Below, one piece after another: positions 9,148-19,163 of a stretch of 64,000 nt of DNA. Position 1 is the stretch's first letter, and every line of letters starts with the position of its first letter. The stretch lies in assembly GCA_964464735.1 (NCBI GenBank), contig CAYXKF010000004.1, positions 3,929 to 67,928 on the forward strand, given 5' to 3'. Origin of the DNA: an uncultured Candidatus Saccharibacteria bacterium (GTDB taxonomy: Bacteria > Patescibacteriota > Minisyncoccia > Phycocordibacterales > UBA1006). The position numbers and the translations under genes are program-made. The notes under the pieces were generated by a model. The model was not told the DNA's origin. It did no database searches and saw nothing but the letters and a program-made list of their open reading frames with translations.

Positions 9148-11031
9148 TTACTTTTGCTCTGAATTATCTTCGCCCTTCACTTCCTCGGGCTGCACTTCTA
9201 CTTCATCGGTCTTAGGCGCCTCGTTGCCGCCGGCTTTTTGCATAGCCTCGCCAATCTTCATCATCGCTTCTGAAACCGTTTTTGTTTTTGCATCCAAATC
9301 AGCTTCGGTTCCGTTGTCTTTAACAGCCTTAAGCGCCGCAATAGAATCTTCAACTTCTTTTTTCAACTCAGGGGCTACTTTATCGCCATAATCTTTTAAA
9401 GATTTTTCGGCAGTAAAGATTGTCATGTCAGCCAAGTTTCGTTTATCAGCAAGTGCTTTTTTAGCAGCATCCTCGCCAGCATGCATTTCGGCATCTTTTT
9501 TCATCTTTTCAATATCGGCATCAGTCAAACCACTTGAAGCCTCAATGCGGATTGACTGCTCTTTGCCGGTTGTTTTTTCTTTTGCCTTTACTTGCAAAAT
9601 ACCGTTTGCATCAATATCAAAGGTTACTTCTACCTGCGGCATACCGCGCTGTGCTGGTGGAATACCGTCAAGAATAAATCGTCCAAGCGACTTATTGTCG
9701 GCAGCCATCGCACGTTCACCCTGAACAATGTGAATTTCTACGCTGGTTTGATTATCAGCTGCGGTTGAAAACACTTGAGACTTTGAAGTTGGGATCGTCG
9801 TATTTTTTTCGATTAGTTTTGTCGCAACTCCGCCCAATGTTTCAATACCCAAAGAAAGCGGAATAACGTCGAGGAGTAGGACGTCTTTGATGTCTCCCTG
9901 CAATACTCCGGCCTGAACCGCCGCACCAAGCGCAACCACTTCGTCGGGATTGATTGATCGGTTTGGATCTTTGCCAAATACTTTCTTTACTTCTTCAACC
10001 ATCATTGGCATGCGGGTCTGTCCACCGACCATAATGATTTCGTTGATATCAGACGCACTGAATCCTGAATCCTTAAGCACCTGCTTGGTAATAGTGATTG
10101 ATTTTTCAACAAATGGACGGGCAAGATTTTCAAGCTGTGCGCGAGTCATCTTAACCAGCAAGTGTTTTGGGCCTGACGCGTCAGACGTAATAAACGGAAT
10201 ATTGATTTCTGTTTCGGTTGCAGTCGAAAGTTCGATCTTTGCCTTTTCGGCAGCTTCGTCCAACCGCTGCAATGCAAGCGTGTCGGTGGTGACATCAATG
10301 CCTGATTCTTTTTTAAATTCACCCGCAACCCACTTAATGATTTCTTGGTCGATGTCGCGTCCGCCCATGTGACTATCACCGCCAGTCGACTTAACATCAA
10401 TAACCGATTCAGATACTTCAAGCACCGATACGTCAAACGTACCACCACCAAAGTCGTACACGACAACTTTTTCGTCCTTCTTGCGGTCAAAGCCGTACGC
10501 AAGCGCGGCCGCAGTCGGTTCGTTGATGATGCGCTTTACATCCAAGCCAGCAATCGCACCTGCATCCTTGGTTGCTTTTCGCTGAGCGTCGTCAAAGTAC
10601 GCAGGCACCGTAATGACTGCTTCGGTAATTTTTTCGCCAAGCTTCGCTTCGACATCGGCCTTAATTTTTTGCAAGATCATTGCCGAAACTTCTTCGGGCC
10701 GCTGAGCCTGTCCGTTTAGGTTTACCGTAACGCCTCCGTCAGCGCCTTTTGAAATTTCGTAAGGGACGATCTTGGTATCTTTTTGCACCACATCGTCGTT
10801 AAAGTTGTGGCCCATGTAGCGCTTGATACCGTAAATAGTGTTTTTAGGGTTTGTTACCGCCTGGCGCTTTGCAAGCAAACCAACCAATCGTTCACCGTTT
10901 TTTGACACGGCAACAATCGAAGGAGTCGTGCGATTTCCTTCGCTGTTTTCAATAATCTTTGGCGCACCGCCTTCGATGATTGCGACTGCGCTGTTTGTAG
11001 TTCCTAAATCGATTCCAATAATTTTGCTCAT
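9148..11031 (-). CDS. dnaK: chaperone DnaK
   Basis: [31 protein letters not shown]. Confidence 0.99.
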   Translation of the reverse strand: MSKIIGIDLGTTNSAVAIIEGGAPKIIENSEGNRTTPSIVAVSKNGERLVGLLAKRQAVTNPKNTIYGIKRYMGHNFNDDVVQKDTKIVPYEISKGADGGVTVNLNGQAQRPEEVSAMILQKIKADVEAKLGEKITEAVITVPAYFDDAQRKATKDAGAIAGLDVKRIINEPTAAALAYGFDRKKDEKVVVYDFGGGTFDVSVLEVSESVIDVKSTGGDSHMGGRDIDQEIIKWVAGEFKKESGIDVTTDTLALQRLDEAAEKAKIELSTATETEINIPFITSDASGPKHLLVKMTRAQLENLARPFVEKSITITKQVLKDSGFSASDINEIIMVGGQTRMPMMVEEVKKVFGKDPNRSINPDEVVALGAAVQAGVLQGDIKDVLLLDVIPLSLGIETLGGVATKLIEKNTTIPTSKSQVFSTAADNQTSVEIHIVQGERAMAADNKSLGRFILDGIPPAQRGMPQVEVTFDIDANGILQVKAKEKTTGKEQSIRIEASSGLTDADIEKMKKDAEMHAGEDAAKKALADKRNLADMTIFTAEKSLKDYGDKVAPELKKEVEDSIAALKAVKDNGTEADLDAKTKTVSEAMMKIGEAMQKAGGNEAPKTDEVEVQPEEVKGEDNSEQK

Positions 11032-11045
11032 ATGATTTATATTAG

Positions 11046-11402
11046 CTAACTAATAATTTTAAAACCATTTTTATATAATTCTTTTAATTCATTAACATCT
11101 CGTTTTAACAATTCAACAGTCTCCGCCTTTCTTTGATCAACATGCAAGGAATCGTAAAACTCTTGAGCAACCCTAAAACCTGCATTCAATACATCCTCAT
11201 TATTGCGTTCTCTCCATAAAATTCCAACTTTTTTATTATCTCTTCCATATGAAGCTATATTAAAAAAACATTCAGAAATTACCTCTTTGTTGTTAACATT
11301 AATATGATCAAGTGGTCCGACTAATTTTTTAACAGTTGCGCCATCATTACTCAATATATAATTGGCAAATTCTTCTATTTGAGTTATTTGATCATTGTTC
11401 AT
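11046..11402 (-). CDS. hypothetical protein (AT-rich) between grpE and dnaK
   Basis: 118-aa ORF with ATGA overlap to grpE. Confidence 0.65.
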   Translation of the reverse strand: MNNDQITQIEEFANYILSNDGATVKKLVGPLDHINVNNKEVISECFFNIASYGRDNKKVGILWRERNNEDVLNAGFRVAQEFYDSLHVDQRKAETVELLKRDVNELKELYKNGFKIIS

Positions 11403-11998
11403 AATTCATAAACTTTTACTCGTGCCGGGCGAATGACCTTTTCGCCGTTCTTGTATCCCTTTTGCATTACCTGTGCAATTTTATGATCCTGGGATGCATC
11501 TTCCGTCTTTTCGGTCCCCATCACATCATGCACATTAATATCTACTATGTCGCCAACTTTTGGCGCAATTTCGCTTACTCCGTTATCGGCCAAAACTTTT
11601 AGCAACTGCTGATGAATGTATTCAACTCCCATGCGCCAGTTTTTATCAACCTTTTCCCATGCTTCTTTGTTGTTAAACGCCATGTCGTAGGCATCAAGTA
11701 CCGGAAGCAATTCTTCGACAAACTGGGTTCGTGCGTATTCAAGCGTTTGCCGACGCCGGGCTTCGTCATCTTTTTTGTAGTTGATAAAATCAGCGCGTTC
11801 TTTTTGCAAATTAGCCAGATAATCACTACGTTCTTTTTGCACTTCTTTTAACTGCGCGCGAATATCTTTTAATTTTGCATTGCTTGATTGAGCCACCCCC
11901 TCGTCGTCAGTCATTTCAAACTCGACGTCGTCCGCCATCTCGGGCAGGTCGTGACTATGGCCACAATTGCAATCGTGTTCATGTTCGTCGTGATGCAT
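11399..11998 (-). CDS. grpE: nucleotide exchange factor GrpE
   Basis: ERADFINYKK, ELLPVLD, QKGYK....IRPARVKV. Confidence 0.96.
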   Translation of the reverse strand: MHHDEHEHDCNCGHSHDLPEMADDVEFEMTDDEGVAQSSNAKLKDIRAQLKEVQKERSDYLANLQKERADFINYKKDDEARRRQTLEYARTQFVEELLPVLDAYDMAFNNKEAWEKVDKNWRMGVEYIHQQLLKVLADNGVSEIAPKVGDIVDINVHDVMGTEKTEDASQDHKIAQVMQKGYKNGEKVIRPARVKVYEL

Positions 11999-12090
11999 AC
12001 AAACACAGTATAATCATCGCAAAAATATTTGCAAGTATTTCGCGCTCGCAAAAAGGTTGTAATTTTATAAACATGTGCTAAAATATCGCT

Positions 12091-12702
12091 ATGGTTAAAA
12101 AACAACAACCAATCCCTATTAGTTCGGGTAAAAAAACAAGCATCCAAAGCGGTATTTTAAAGGTATTGGGTGCCCAAAAGTACCTTGAACCCGAAGAGGC
12201 TAAAACATTGATTTTAGAGCATTTTAAGCGCTCTGACGGGGCAAAGGCCGCACTGCCCCAGTTTGCCTATAGCGTCCAACGGTCGCTTGATCGGCTTATC
12301 GAGGCTGGCGAAATTGTTACCGTAAAGTCAGGAAGTGTCGGCGCCAAAAAGCACCTTATTACCCTATCTGACAGCGGGCGCCAAAAACTACAGCATCAGT
12401 CGTTTGATCTATCTACCAGCATTGTGCCGACCATGTGGGACGGTAAATGGCGTATTGTCCTTTTAGACTTTCCTGAATACCAAAAGCAAGACCGCGACAC
12501 GATGCGTTACCTATTAAAGAAGGCACGTTTTGTATGCCTTAAAAAATCGGTTTGGGTGTCACCATTTCCATACGAAGAATATCTGCAGTCACTAAAACAA
12601 AACCTTCCATCATCTGATGCGGTTATTTGTATCGTTGCCGAAACCATTGACCCCGAAATCGAAGTAAAATTGCTTGAACATTTTCGGTTGGTACGGCAAT
12701 AA
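12091..12702 (+). CDS. PaaX-like transcriptional regulator (wHTH plus Cas2-like central domain)
   Basis: WDGKWRIVLLDFPE..K..RD..R..L...F..LKKSVWVSPFP. Confidence 0.8.
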   Translation: MVKKQQPIPISSGKKTSIQSGILKVLGAQKYLEPEEAKTLILEHFKRSDGAKAALPQFAYSVQRSLDRLIEAGEIVTVKSGSVGAKKHLITLSDSGRQKLQHQSFDLSTSIVPTMWDGKWRIVLLDFPEYQKQDRDTMRYLLKKARFVCLKKSVWVSPFPYEEYLQSLKQNLPSSDAVICIVAETIDPEIEVKLLEHFRLVRQ

Positions 12703-12769
12703 AAATTACAAACAAAAAACACATCTTTAACCAGATGCGTTTTTGTTTTTATCGGAATGCCCTATTAAT

Positions 12770-13579
12770 CTATATAATTTCTAAAACCTTAAACACAATT
12801 CCCAACACTACCGCAGCAAAGCTTAACTGCAGTGCTAATCGAGCACGATCAAGTTGCTCGTTGCTAAAAAATACCATGCTTGCTGCATATATCCATGTCA
12901 CAATGCATCCTAGGTATCCGATTGCGAAATGTGGTTGAAGAATAAACGTAGTCAGAACTGCTGCCAAAATACCTACAACTATTAATATACCTGAAAAAAT
13001 TCGAACCACCTGAAATGAGACGTTGAACGGAAGCAGGACTGCTAAGCCATATTCGATTTTCTCGATTAGTGCGTAGGATACAAGCAATGATGCAAATGTA
13101 ATTGTGCACAAATATGCCATAACTGAATCGCATGCAATGGCACTAAAAACCAACGGCAGGCCAAAAATAAACAGCTTAAGAATAAAATATGCGACAGCAG
13201 GCATATTTTTACCAGGGAAATCACGATAAAAGATTGCCATCAAAATCGTAACCAATAAAACGCAGACCAAGATGACAAACAAGATACCTTGATATTGAGT
13301 AAGCATGCTTATGGGAAAGAGCCAGCAAGTAAATGCGGCCAGGGCGTACCATAACCATCGATAATTCGCCTTATCTCCTTGCCCATTCATATTCTTGTCA
13401 TCTTTATCGTCAGCATAGAAATACCTTTGACTAACATGGAATGCCAAATAAAGACTTCCGGAAATCAAAAGTATCGTTAAATCAACATTTTTGCCCGATA
13501 AGGCTATTACACATGTAGGTACTGAACTAATCGCAAGCCATTTGAGCTCGCTAAGCAGGAGTCGAATTGATAGATACAT
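12770..13579 (-). CDS. hypothetical polytopic membrane protein
   Basis: 269-aa ORF with many hydrophobic segments, AT-rich. Confidence 0.7.
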   Translation of the reverse strand: MYLSIRLLLSELKWLAISSVPTCVIALSGKNVDLTILLISGSLYLAFHVSQRYFYADDKDDKNMNGQGDKANYRWLWYALAAFTCWLFPISMLTQYQGILFVILVCVLLVTILMAIFYRDFPGKNMPAVAYFILKLFIFGLPLVFSAIACDSVMAYLCTITFASLLVSYALIEKIEYGLAVLLPFNVSFQVVRIFSGILIVVGILAAVLTTFILQPHFAIGYLGCIVTWIYAASMVFFSNEQLDRARLALQLSFAAVVLGIVFKVLEII

Positions 13580-13692
13580 AAGTTGTGGTTTTCAGTTTTT
13601 AGAAGTTGGTTTTCATCAAAACTCTACCAAGAGAATCACATTTTGGCAAACAAAAAATCCCTTACGGGATATTTTGTGATTTGAGTATAAAT

Positions 13693-13867
13693 TATCGTTT
13701 TGACCAACTATGGGTCGCTTCGCGACCTAAGAACCCACGGTTCTCAGCACTCGCAGACTCACTGCTCTCCTCCACGGGAAAACAAATGTTTTCCCGACCC
13801 CTTTCTTACCTCAGCGGTCAACCATATAAAAACTCCCCGAAGGGAGTTTTTACTATCGTTTTGACCA
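13693..13867. mobile_element. putative miniature element bounded by a 14-bp direct repeat of the rpsI 3' end
   Basis: TATCGTTTTGACCA at 13693-13706 and 13854-13867, several hairpins between. Confidence 0.45.
13827..13852 (-). terminator. terminator of the ribosomal protein operon
   Basis: TAAAAACTCCC-CGAA-GGGAGTTTTTA immediately after the rpsI stop. Confidence 0.75.
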
Positions 13868-14254
13868 CTGAGGTGACTTGCGGGCCTTTAGCAAACCTGG
13901 CTTCTTTCGTTCCTTCTTTCGAGGGTCTCGCTTTAGGTAACCAAGCTTCTTAAGGGTCGGGCGAACTTCGGTATTTTTTTCAACCAACAAGCGGCTGATA
14001 CCATGGCGAATCGCTTCAGCCTGGGCTCGAACTCCACCGCCGTTTACTACGACAGTGATTTAAAATGTCGGAGCGTCCTCAAGCGCGGACAATGGGCTTT
14101 TGATGACATTTTGCAATACCGGAATGGTATATTCTTCAAGCGCCTTGCCGTTGACAGTAATTTTGGTCTTTGATGCAGCAACTGCGCGCACACGTGCAGA
14201 TGCAGTCTTACGGCGTCCGATAGTTTCAGTAAATTTTTGCTTTGCGTCTGACAT
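13853..14254 (-). pseudogene. rpsI: 30S ribosomal protein S9 interrupted by an in-frame TAA at 14060-14062
   Basis: GRRKTASARV...[26 protein letters not shown]...[25 protein letters not shown] in one frame; may be a sequencing error. Confidence 0.85.
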
Positions 14255-14256
14255 AA

Positions 14257-14598
14257 TTATTCGGTAATGACCAATTTGACTAATAGTTTTTTCTGGTGCT
14301 TGTTTTTTGGAAGCATGTTCTTGACGGTCTTTTTGATCACTTCGCCAATACCCTTGCGCTTAAGCAATGCGCCGCGCTTTTCAGCAATAAGGCCTCCTGG
14401 GTAACCCGAGTAACGCAGGTATTCCTTGTCCATCTTGTCACCATCGATGCGAACTTGCGCAGCGTTGATAACCGTAACCGAACCAGAATCAATAACATTC
14501 TTTTCAAAAGCAGGGTCGTTCTTGCCCATCAAGGCTACTGCGATTTCAGTCGCAAGGCGTCCAAGCTTTTTGTTTTTTGCATCAATGACGTAATCCAT
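14257..14598 (-). CDS. rplM: 50S ribosomal protein L13
   Basis: IDAKNKKLGRLAT, RYSGYPGGL, MLPKN. Confidence 0.97.
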   Translation of the reverse strand: MDYVIDAKNKKLGRLATEIAVALMGKNDPAFEKNVIDSGSVTVINAAQVRIDGDKMDKEYLRYSGYPGGLIAEKRGALLKRKGIGEVIKKTVKNMLPKNKHQKKLLVKLVITE

Positions 14599-14600
14599 AA

Positions 14601-14957
14601 TTAATCAACAAATTCAATAATCGCGCGTTCTGCTCCGTCGCTTTTTCGTTCAGTCATCTTGATGATGCGGGTGTACCCACCGGCGCGTGACTTACTTTTT
14701 GCAGCACGTTCAAGAACTTCGTTCATGACCGAAGCTGCTCCGCTTCCAAGGACTGATTCGACATAGCGCTTGCCTGCAAGCGTGTTATCTTTTGCCTTGG
14801 TAATCAGCTTTTCAACGTATGGTCGAAGTACCTTTGCGCGGGTTTGCGTAGTCTGGATGCGGCCATGTTCAAATAGTGACACAGCTAAAGTGCGCACTAG
14901 TGCGGTGCGTCCCTTTCGTTCAAGACCTAATTTTTTTACTTTGCTGTGATGGCGCAT
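14601..14957 (-). CDS. rplQ: 50S ribosomal protein L17
   Basis: MRHH...KLG, IQTTQTRAK, GGYTRIIK. Confidence 0.97.
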   Translation of the reverse strand: MRHHSKVKKLGLERKGRTALVRTLAVSLFEHGRIQTTQTRAKVLRPYVEKLITKAKDNTLAGKRYVESVLGSGAASVMNEVLERAAKSKSRAGGYTRIIKMTERKSDGAERAIIEFVD

Positions 14958-14969
14958 AATGGTGGTAAT

Positions 14970-15980
14970 CTACTCGCTTTTAAGTGTTATGTCAAATGCT
15001 TTTAGGGCATCCTTGATTTCGTTAATACCCTTTTGTCCAAGACCTTCAATCTCAAGCAAATCAGCTTCGGTTTTTCGAACCAAGCCGCCGATGGTGCGAA
15101 TATTTGCCTGATTAAGCACGTTTTGGATGCGGGTTGGAACTTGTAACTTGTCGATGCGGGTCTTTAGTGTGTCATTCATTGACTCTTGGTCAACTTCGTC
15201 TTCGGTGCCTACTGATGCAGTTTCTGCAATGCTTTCAAATGCTGCTTCATCGGCAACAACTGATTCGCGTGCAATGCCGATAGTCTTTGGTTCGATGTAT
15301 AAATCCAAGATAGCTGAGCACTGTTGGATCATAATAGATAGTGATCGTTCGACCGCCTCACGTGCAGTAAGTGATCCGTCAGTTTCAACACTGATGATTA
15401 ATTTGTTGTAATCGGTTCGGTCACCTACACGCATTTTTTCTACTTCGTAGCTTACCTTACGAATTGGGGTAAACGCTGCGTCAACCAAAATAGAGCCGAT
15501 GGCAACTTTTTCTTTGCCACGCATGTCCTTGGTCACAAAACCAATGCCGTTTTCGACGGTGATCTCGACTTGCAAGTCGTCCTTACCGGTTACTTCACAT
15601 AGGTATAATTCTGGGTTCATGACTTCAACCTGTCCGCTTGCTTCGATGTCGGCGGCAGTAACAACCTTAGGGCCTTTTACCTTAAGGGTAAGAATCTGAG
15701 GTTCTTCTGATGTAGATTGAAAACGCACCTTCTTAAGGTTTAAAATAAATGCAATGACGTCTTCGCGAACGCCATTCATCGTTGAAAATTCATGATCAAC
15801 ACCCTGGATGCGCAATGTTGTCATTGCCGAGCCTGGGATTGATGAAAGGATGATTCGGCGCAGCGAGTTACCCAACGTATGTCCGTAACCTGGGTACAGG
15901 CCCTCGATTTCGTAGGTGCCCTTTTTACCCTCTTCGTGAACCACTTTTAACTTTGATGGCAAAAGAATATCGTGTGTCAT
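14970..15980 (-). CDS. rpoA: RNA polymerase alpha subunit
   Basis: GYGHTLGNSLRRIILSSIPG, HEFST, RVGDRTDYNKL, alpha-CTD. Confidence 0.98.
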   Translation of the reverse strand: MTHDILLPSKLKVVHEEGKKGTYEIEGLYPGYGHTLGNSLRRIILSSIPGSAMTTLRIQGVDHEFSTMNGVREDVIAFILNLKKVRFQSTSEEPQILTLKVKGPKVVTAADIEASGQVEVMNPELYLCEVTGKDDLQVEITVENGIGFVTKDMRGKEKVAIGSILVDAAFTPIRKVSYEVEKMRVGDRTDYNKLIISVETDGSLTAREAVERSLSIMIQQCSAILDLYIEPKTIGIARESVVADEAAFESIAETASVGTEDEVDQESMNDTLKTRIDKLQVPTRIQNVLNQANIRTIGGLVRKTEADLLEIEGLGQKGINEIKDALKAFDITLKSE

Positions 15981-16011
15981 ACGCGTGTGCGATAAAATAA
16001 AACTAATAATA

Positions 16012-16605
16012 TTAACGGCTGTAGAACTCGATCACTGACTGAAAGTCTAGAAACGCATCAGGATTTTTAGGATCCCCCGAAACAGAGATAGTAAGGTCAG
16101 TTGGCTTTACGGTTAGCCACTGTACTGCATTAGTATCGGTAAATTCTTTTTTAAAGTATGTGCTGTTTTTGCTGCCTTCGCGAACGGTTACAACATCTTT
16201 CGCTTGTAATGCATACGAAGGAACGGTCGTGCGGGTTCCGTTTACGGTAAAGTGACCGTGAGATACCAATTGGCGCGCGGCGCGGCGTGTTGGCGCAAGC
16301 TTTGCGCGGTAGACCACGTTGTCGATGCGTGATTCAAGCATTTTAAACAATGCCTCGGCAGGAGAAATGTTTGAGCGCTTTGCAATTGCCTTGTTGACAT
16401 AATTACGAAACTGCTTTTCCGAAACGCCATACGTAAAGCGCACCTTTTGCTTTTCGATCAGCTGCTTTCCGTAATCGCTGGTACGCGAAGGGCGACCGCT
16501 TTTCGTGCGCTTTTTTGAAGCATCAAAACGAGGCGACGCGCATTGGTCGAAAATCGGAGCTCCCAGACGGCGGGCGATTTTGAATTTTTTTAGTTTCATT
16601 GGCAT
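16012..16605 (-). CDS. rpsD: 30S ribosomal protein S4
   Basis: SDYGKQLIEKQK, LESRIDNVVYR, ARQLVSHGH, EFYSR. Confidence 0.98.
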   Translation of the reverse strand: MPMKLKKFKIARRLGAPIFDQCASPRFDASKKRTKSGRPSRTSDYGKQLIEKQKVRFTYGVSEKQFRNYVNKAIAKRSNISPAEALFKMLESRIDNVVYRAKLAPTRRAARQLVSHGHFTVNGTRTTVPSYALQAKDVVTVREGSKNSTYFKKEFTDTNAVQWLTVKPTDLTISVSGDPKNPDAFLDFQSVIEFYSR

Positions 16606-16640
16606 ACGGATGCAATAACGAAAGGATTAAACAATAATAA

Positions 16641-17075
16641 TTATACGCGACGTGCCTTTTTAGGGCGTGGACCGTTGTGCGGGACCGGAGTCTTATCTTG
16701 AACCGAAAGGATGTCAAAACCTTGTGCGCCCAGTGATCGAATTGCGGCTTCGCGCCCAGCACCAATACCGCGGACAACGACATGGATTTCTTTAATGCCG
16801 ATAAGTGTTGCGCGTTCTGCAACTACTTTTCCTACTTCGGCAGCAGCATACGGGGTTCCTTTTTTGGCACCCTTAAATCCAAGTGATCCTGAAGTAGATG
16901 ATGCAACCACACCGCCGTCGGTATCAGTAAGTGTAACGATGGTGTTGTTAAATGTTGACTGGATGTGGACGATTGCCGTAACCAGCTTACGCTTTGCGGT
17001 GCGCGCCAAAGCTCGGGCCTTAAGGCTCTTGTCGACTTTTTGTCCTTTAGATGTGACGATGCGTTTCTTTCCCAT
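16641..17075 (-). CDS. rpsK: 30S ribosomal protein S11
   Basis: STFNNTIVT, KGTPYAA, TPVPHNGPRP. Confidence 0.98.
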   Translation of the reverse strand: MGKKRIVTSKGQKVDKSLKARALARTAKRKLVTAIVHIQSTFNNTIVTLTDTDGGVVASSTSGSLGFKGAKKGTPYAAAEVGKVVAERATLIGIKEIHVVVRGIGAGREAAIRSLGAQGFDILSVQDKTPVPHNGPRPKKARRV

Positions 17076-17094
17076 AGTGATGCGTTATAAATTA

Positions 17095-17475
17095 TTATGT
17101 CTTTTCTGCTACACGGCGACCTGAACCCATAGTAACGCGCTTATTGCCGCGAACTGTTCGAGAGTTAGTTTTAGTGCGCTGTCCGCGTACCGGAAGGTGG
17201 CGTGCATGGCGTGAACCGCGGTATGACTGGATATCCTTTAGACGCTTGATGTTTTGGCTGACTTCGCGATTAAGATCTCCTTCAAGAGTAAAGCCTTCGA
17301 TGATCTTACGAACTCGATTTTCTTCGTCTTCGGTTACTGCGGTGATTTTTTTCATCGGATCAACCTTTGCTTCCTGCAAAATAGCGATCGCACGAGAAAG
17401 GCCGATACCGTATACGGCAGTCAAAGCATACATTGCTCGCTTATTATCTGGAATGGTAACACCTAAAACACGCAT
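17095..17475 (-). CDS. rpsM: 30S ribosomal protein S13
   Basis: ALTAVYGIG, SYRGSRH..LPVRGQRTKTNSRT. Confidence 0.98.
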   Translation of the reverse strand: MRVLGVTIPDNKRAMYALTAVYGIGLSRAIAILQEAKVDPMKKITAVTEDEENRVRKIIEGFTLEGDLNREVSQNIKRLKDIQSYRGSRHARHLPVRGQRTKTNSRTVRGNKRVTMGSGRRVAEKT

Positions 17476-17496
17476 ACGTAGTGATTATGATAACGA

Positions 17497-17619
17497 TTAA
17501 CCCTGGCGCATCTTGCGGCGGGGATTTGTCTTATTAATACGATACAAACGACCATGACGGCGAACCAGCTTGTCGCCGGATGCTAAATCTTTGCTTTTGA
17601 TTGATGATCGGATCTTCAT
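17497..17619 (-). CDS. rpmJ: 50S ribosomal protein L36, zinc-free (C-) type
   Basis: [40 protein letters not shown], no Cys; lies between infA and rpsM. Confidence 0.93.
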   Translation of the reverse strand: MKIRSSIKSKDLASGDKLVRRHGRLYRINKTNPRRKMRQG

Positions 17620-17644
17620 GAAAATAATTGGTTTGCACTTTTGT

Positions 17645-17854
17645 TTATAAACGGCGCACGACACGCCCCTTTCCACCGTATTCGTCAAGCAGTACTTCGA
17701 CCTTATCCCCGATCAATACGCGGATACGGTTGAATTTCATTTTACCGGACAAATAGGCGATCAATACGGTACCATCCTCGAGCTGCACCCGAAACATCGT
17801 GTTCGGAAGCGCCTCTAAAACGACCCCTTGTATTGTTTTTTCCTCGTTATCCAT
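17645..17854 (-). CDS. infA: translation initiation factor IF-1
   Basis: [28 protein letters not shown]. Confidence 0.98.
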   Translation of the reverse strand: MDNEEKTIQGVVLEALPNTMFRVQLEDGTVLIAYLSGKMKFNRIRVLIGDKVEVLLDEYGGKGRVVRRL

Positions 17855-17891
17855 GCAATGCGAGACATCCTAGCAAAGGCTTAGGTATTTG

Positions 17892-19163
17892 TCAATGAGC
17901 TGCTGTCTTTACGTGGATTTTAGCTTCATTTTTGGGGATCTTTGGCATCCAAAATGGACGAAGTTTGATAATTGCCCCTTCGATTGTCGGCTTTGCGGCA
18001 AAAATAGCCTTAAGGTCAGCAAAACGCTTACCGGCCAGCTGGGTTCCAAGCGTTTTGGTATCAATAACGGCGTACGCATCCAACGTGCCGTTTTGCACCA
18101 CCTGGATAGTTTGCGTTTGCGTTGGATCAGTTTGCGACTGGCTTTGCAGTGCAAGCGTTGCGGTCGAAGTATCAGATACAGTATATGTTGCGCGCACATC
18201 AGGAAGCGTGATACCTGCCGTTGCAACAACATCATGAACAAATTCGTCTTTTGAAACTACATATGCATACACTGCGCCGGTAAGCACTGCGTCGTGTGCC
18301 GTTTCAGAGTCGCTACGCTTCTCTACCTTTAAATCTGCAAATGAATATTGGATACTACCATCAACAAGCAGATAATCCTCGTTGATGTGGCGGCGGATCA
18401 ATTCGGAACCTTCGACGCGGATGCGTTCGACAAGCTTGTCGTGGATCATGGTTTTTTCGTCAGCCGACACCGTTGGCTGCATGCCCGAGCCGCCACCGGT
18501 TATGGGCGACTTTGACCGTGCATATTGGGTCTTAAACTTAGGACTTTTTGCTTCGCGCCAACCAGGGATCACAAAATCTGTCGGACTTTGGTTGTAATCA
18601 GCACCAGCTTCGGCAGCCTCGATCGTCACTTCAAGCGATCCGGGTTTTTCTTTGGTGCCGGCAGGAACAGTAAATGGTTGATCCTTTAAAATGTAATAAA
18701 TTTTTCCATTGGGCGCTTCTAAACGTGTGCGCTCTTTCAGCGATTGCGCCGGGCCTTCGTTAAAAAGTACGACGCTTCCGGTCGCCTTGGTTGAAACTTC
18801 TTGCATCGTAACGGCACTTACTTTTTCGGTCTTGGTTACCGGAAGCACCACCAAGTGAAAACCGGCCATACCAGCAGGTGCATCCTTGGTTAAGTTTTTG
18901 GTTCCTGAAATTGGCACGTTAACCCGATGCGGCGAGGCGCTGACATTTACGTGCCCTGTTACCGATGCAATGACAATTGCAATCACCAGGCTTGCGATCA
19001 AGATACCCAAAAGCACGTACCAGCGCTGGGTGCGCAGGTAGCTTACGTGCGAATTATTTACAAACACCCGAGGCTCTGATTTTGGCGCCGGCGATTCGGC
19101 ACGCGGTGCTGGGTTTGAAAATTTGCCTTCAAATGTATTATTTTTGCGGATACCGTCAATCAT
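17892..19163 (-). CDS. membrane-anchored protein with a baseplate J-like domain (CPR type)
   Basis: single TM, KATGSVVLFN...TRLEAPNGKIY...VPAG...PGSLEVTIEA...GADYN...FVIPG. Confidence 0.6.
   Translation of the reverse strand: MIDGIRKNNTFEGKFSNPAPRAESPAPKSEPRVFVNNSHVSYLRTQRWYVLLGILIASLVIAIVIASVTGHVNVSASPHRVNVPISGTKNLTKDAPAGMAGFHLVVLPVTKTEKVSAVTMQEVSTKATGSVVLFNEGPAQSLKERTRLEAPNGKIYYILKDQPFTVPAGTKEKPGSLEVTIEAAEAGADYNQSPTDFVIPGWREAKSPKFKTQYARSKSPITGGGSGMQPTVSADEKTMIHDKLVERIRVEGSELIRRHINEDYLLVDGSIQYSFADLKVEKRSDSETAHDAVLTGAVYAYVVSKDEFVHDVVATAGITLPDVRATYTVSDTSTATLALQSQSQTDPTQTQTIQVVQNGTLDAYAVIDTKTLGTQLAGKRFADLKAIFAAKPTIEGAIIKLRPFWMPKIPKNEAKIHVKTAAH

Noticed and set aside
12019-12032. GCAAA-AATA-TTTGC palindrome upstream of grpE as a second Fur/Zur box
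   Set aside because: The spacing differs from the 7172 box and the arms are only 5 bp in AT-rich DNA
12091-12702. Cas2 / CRISPR system
   Set aside because: The Cas2-like segment is the usual PaaX central domain; no repeat-spacer array or other cas genes were seen
13606-13953. 115-aa plus-strand ORF
   Set aside because: Antisense to the rpsI 3' end and runs through hairpins; no protein-like features
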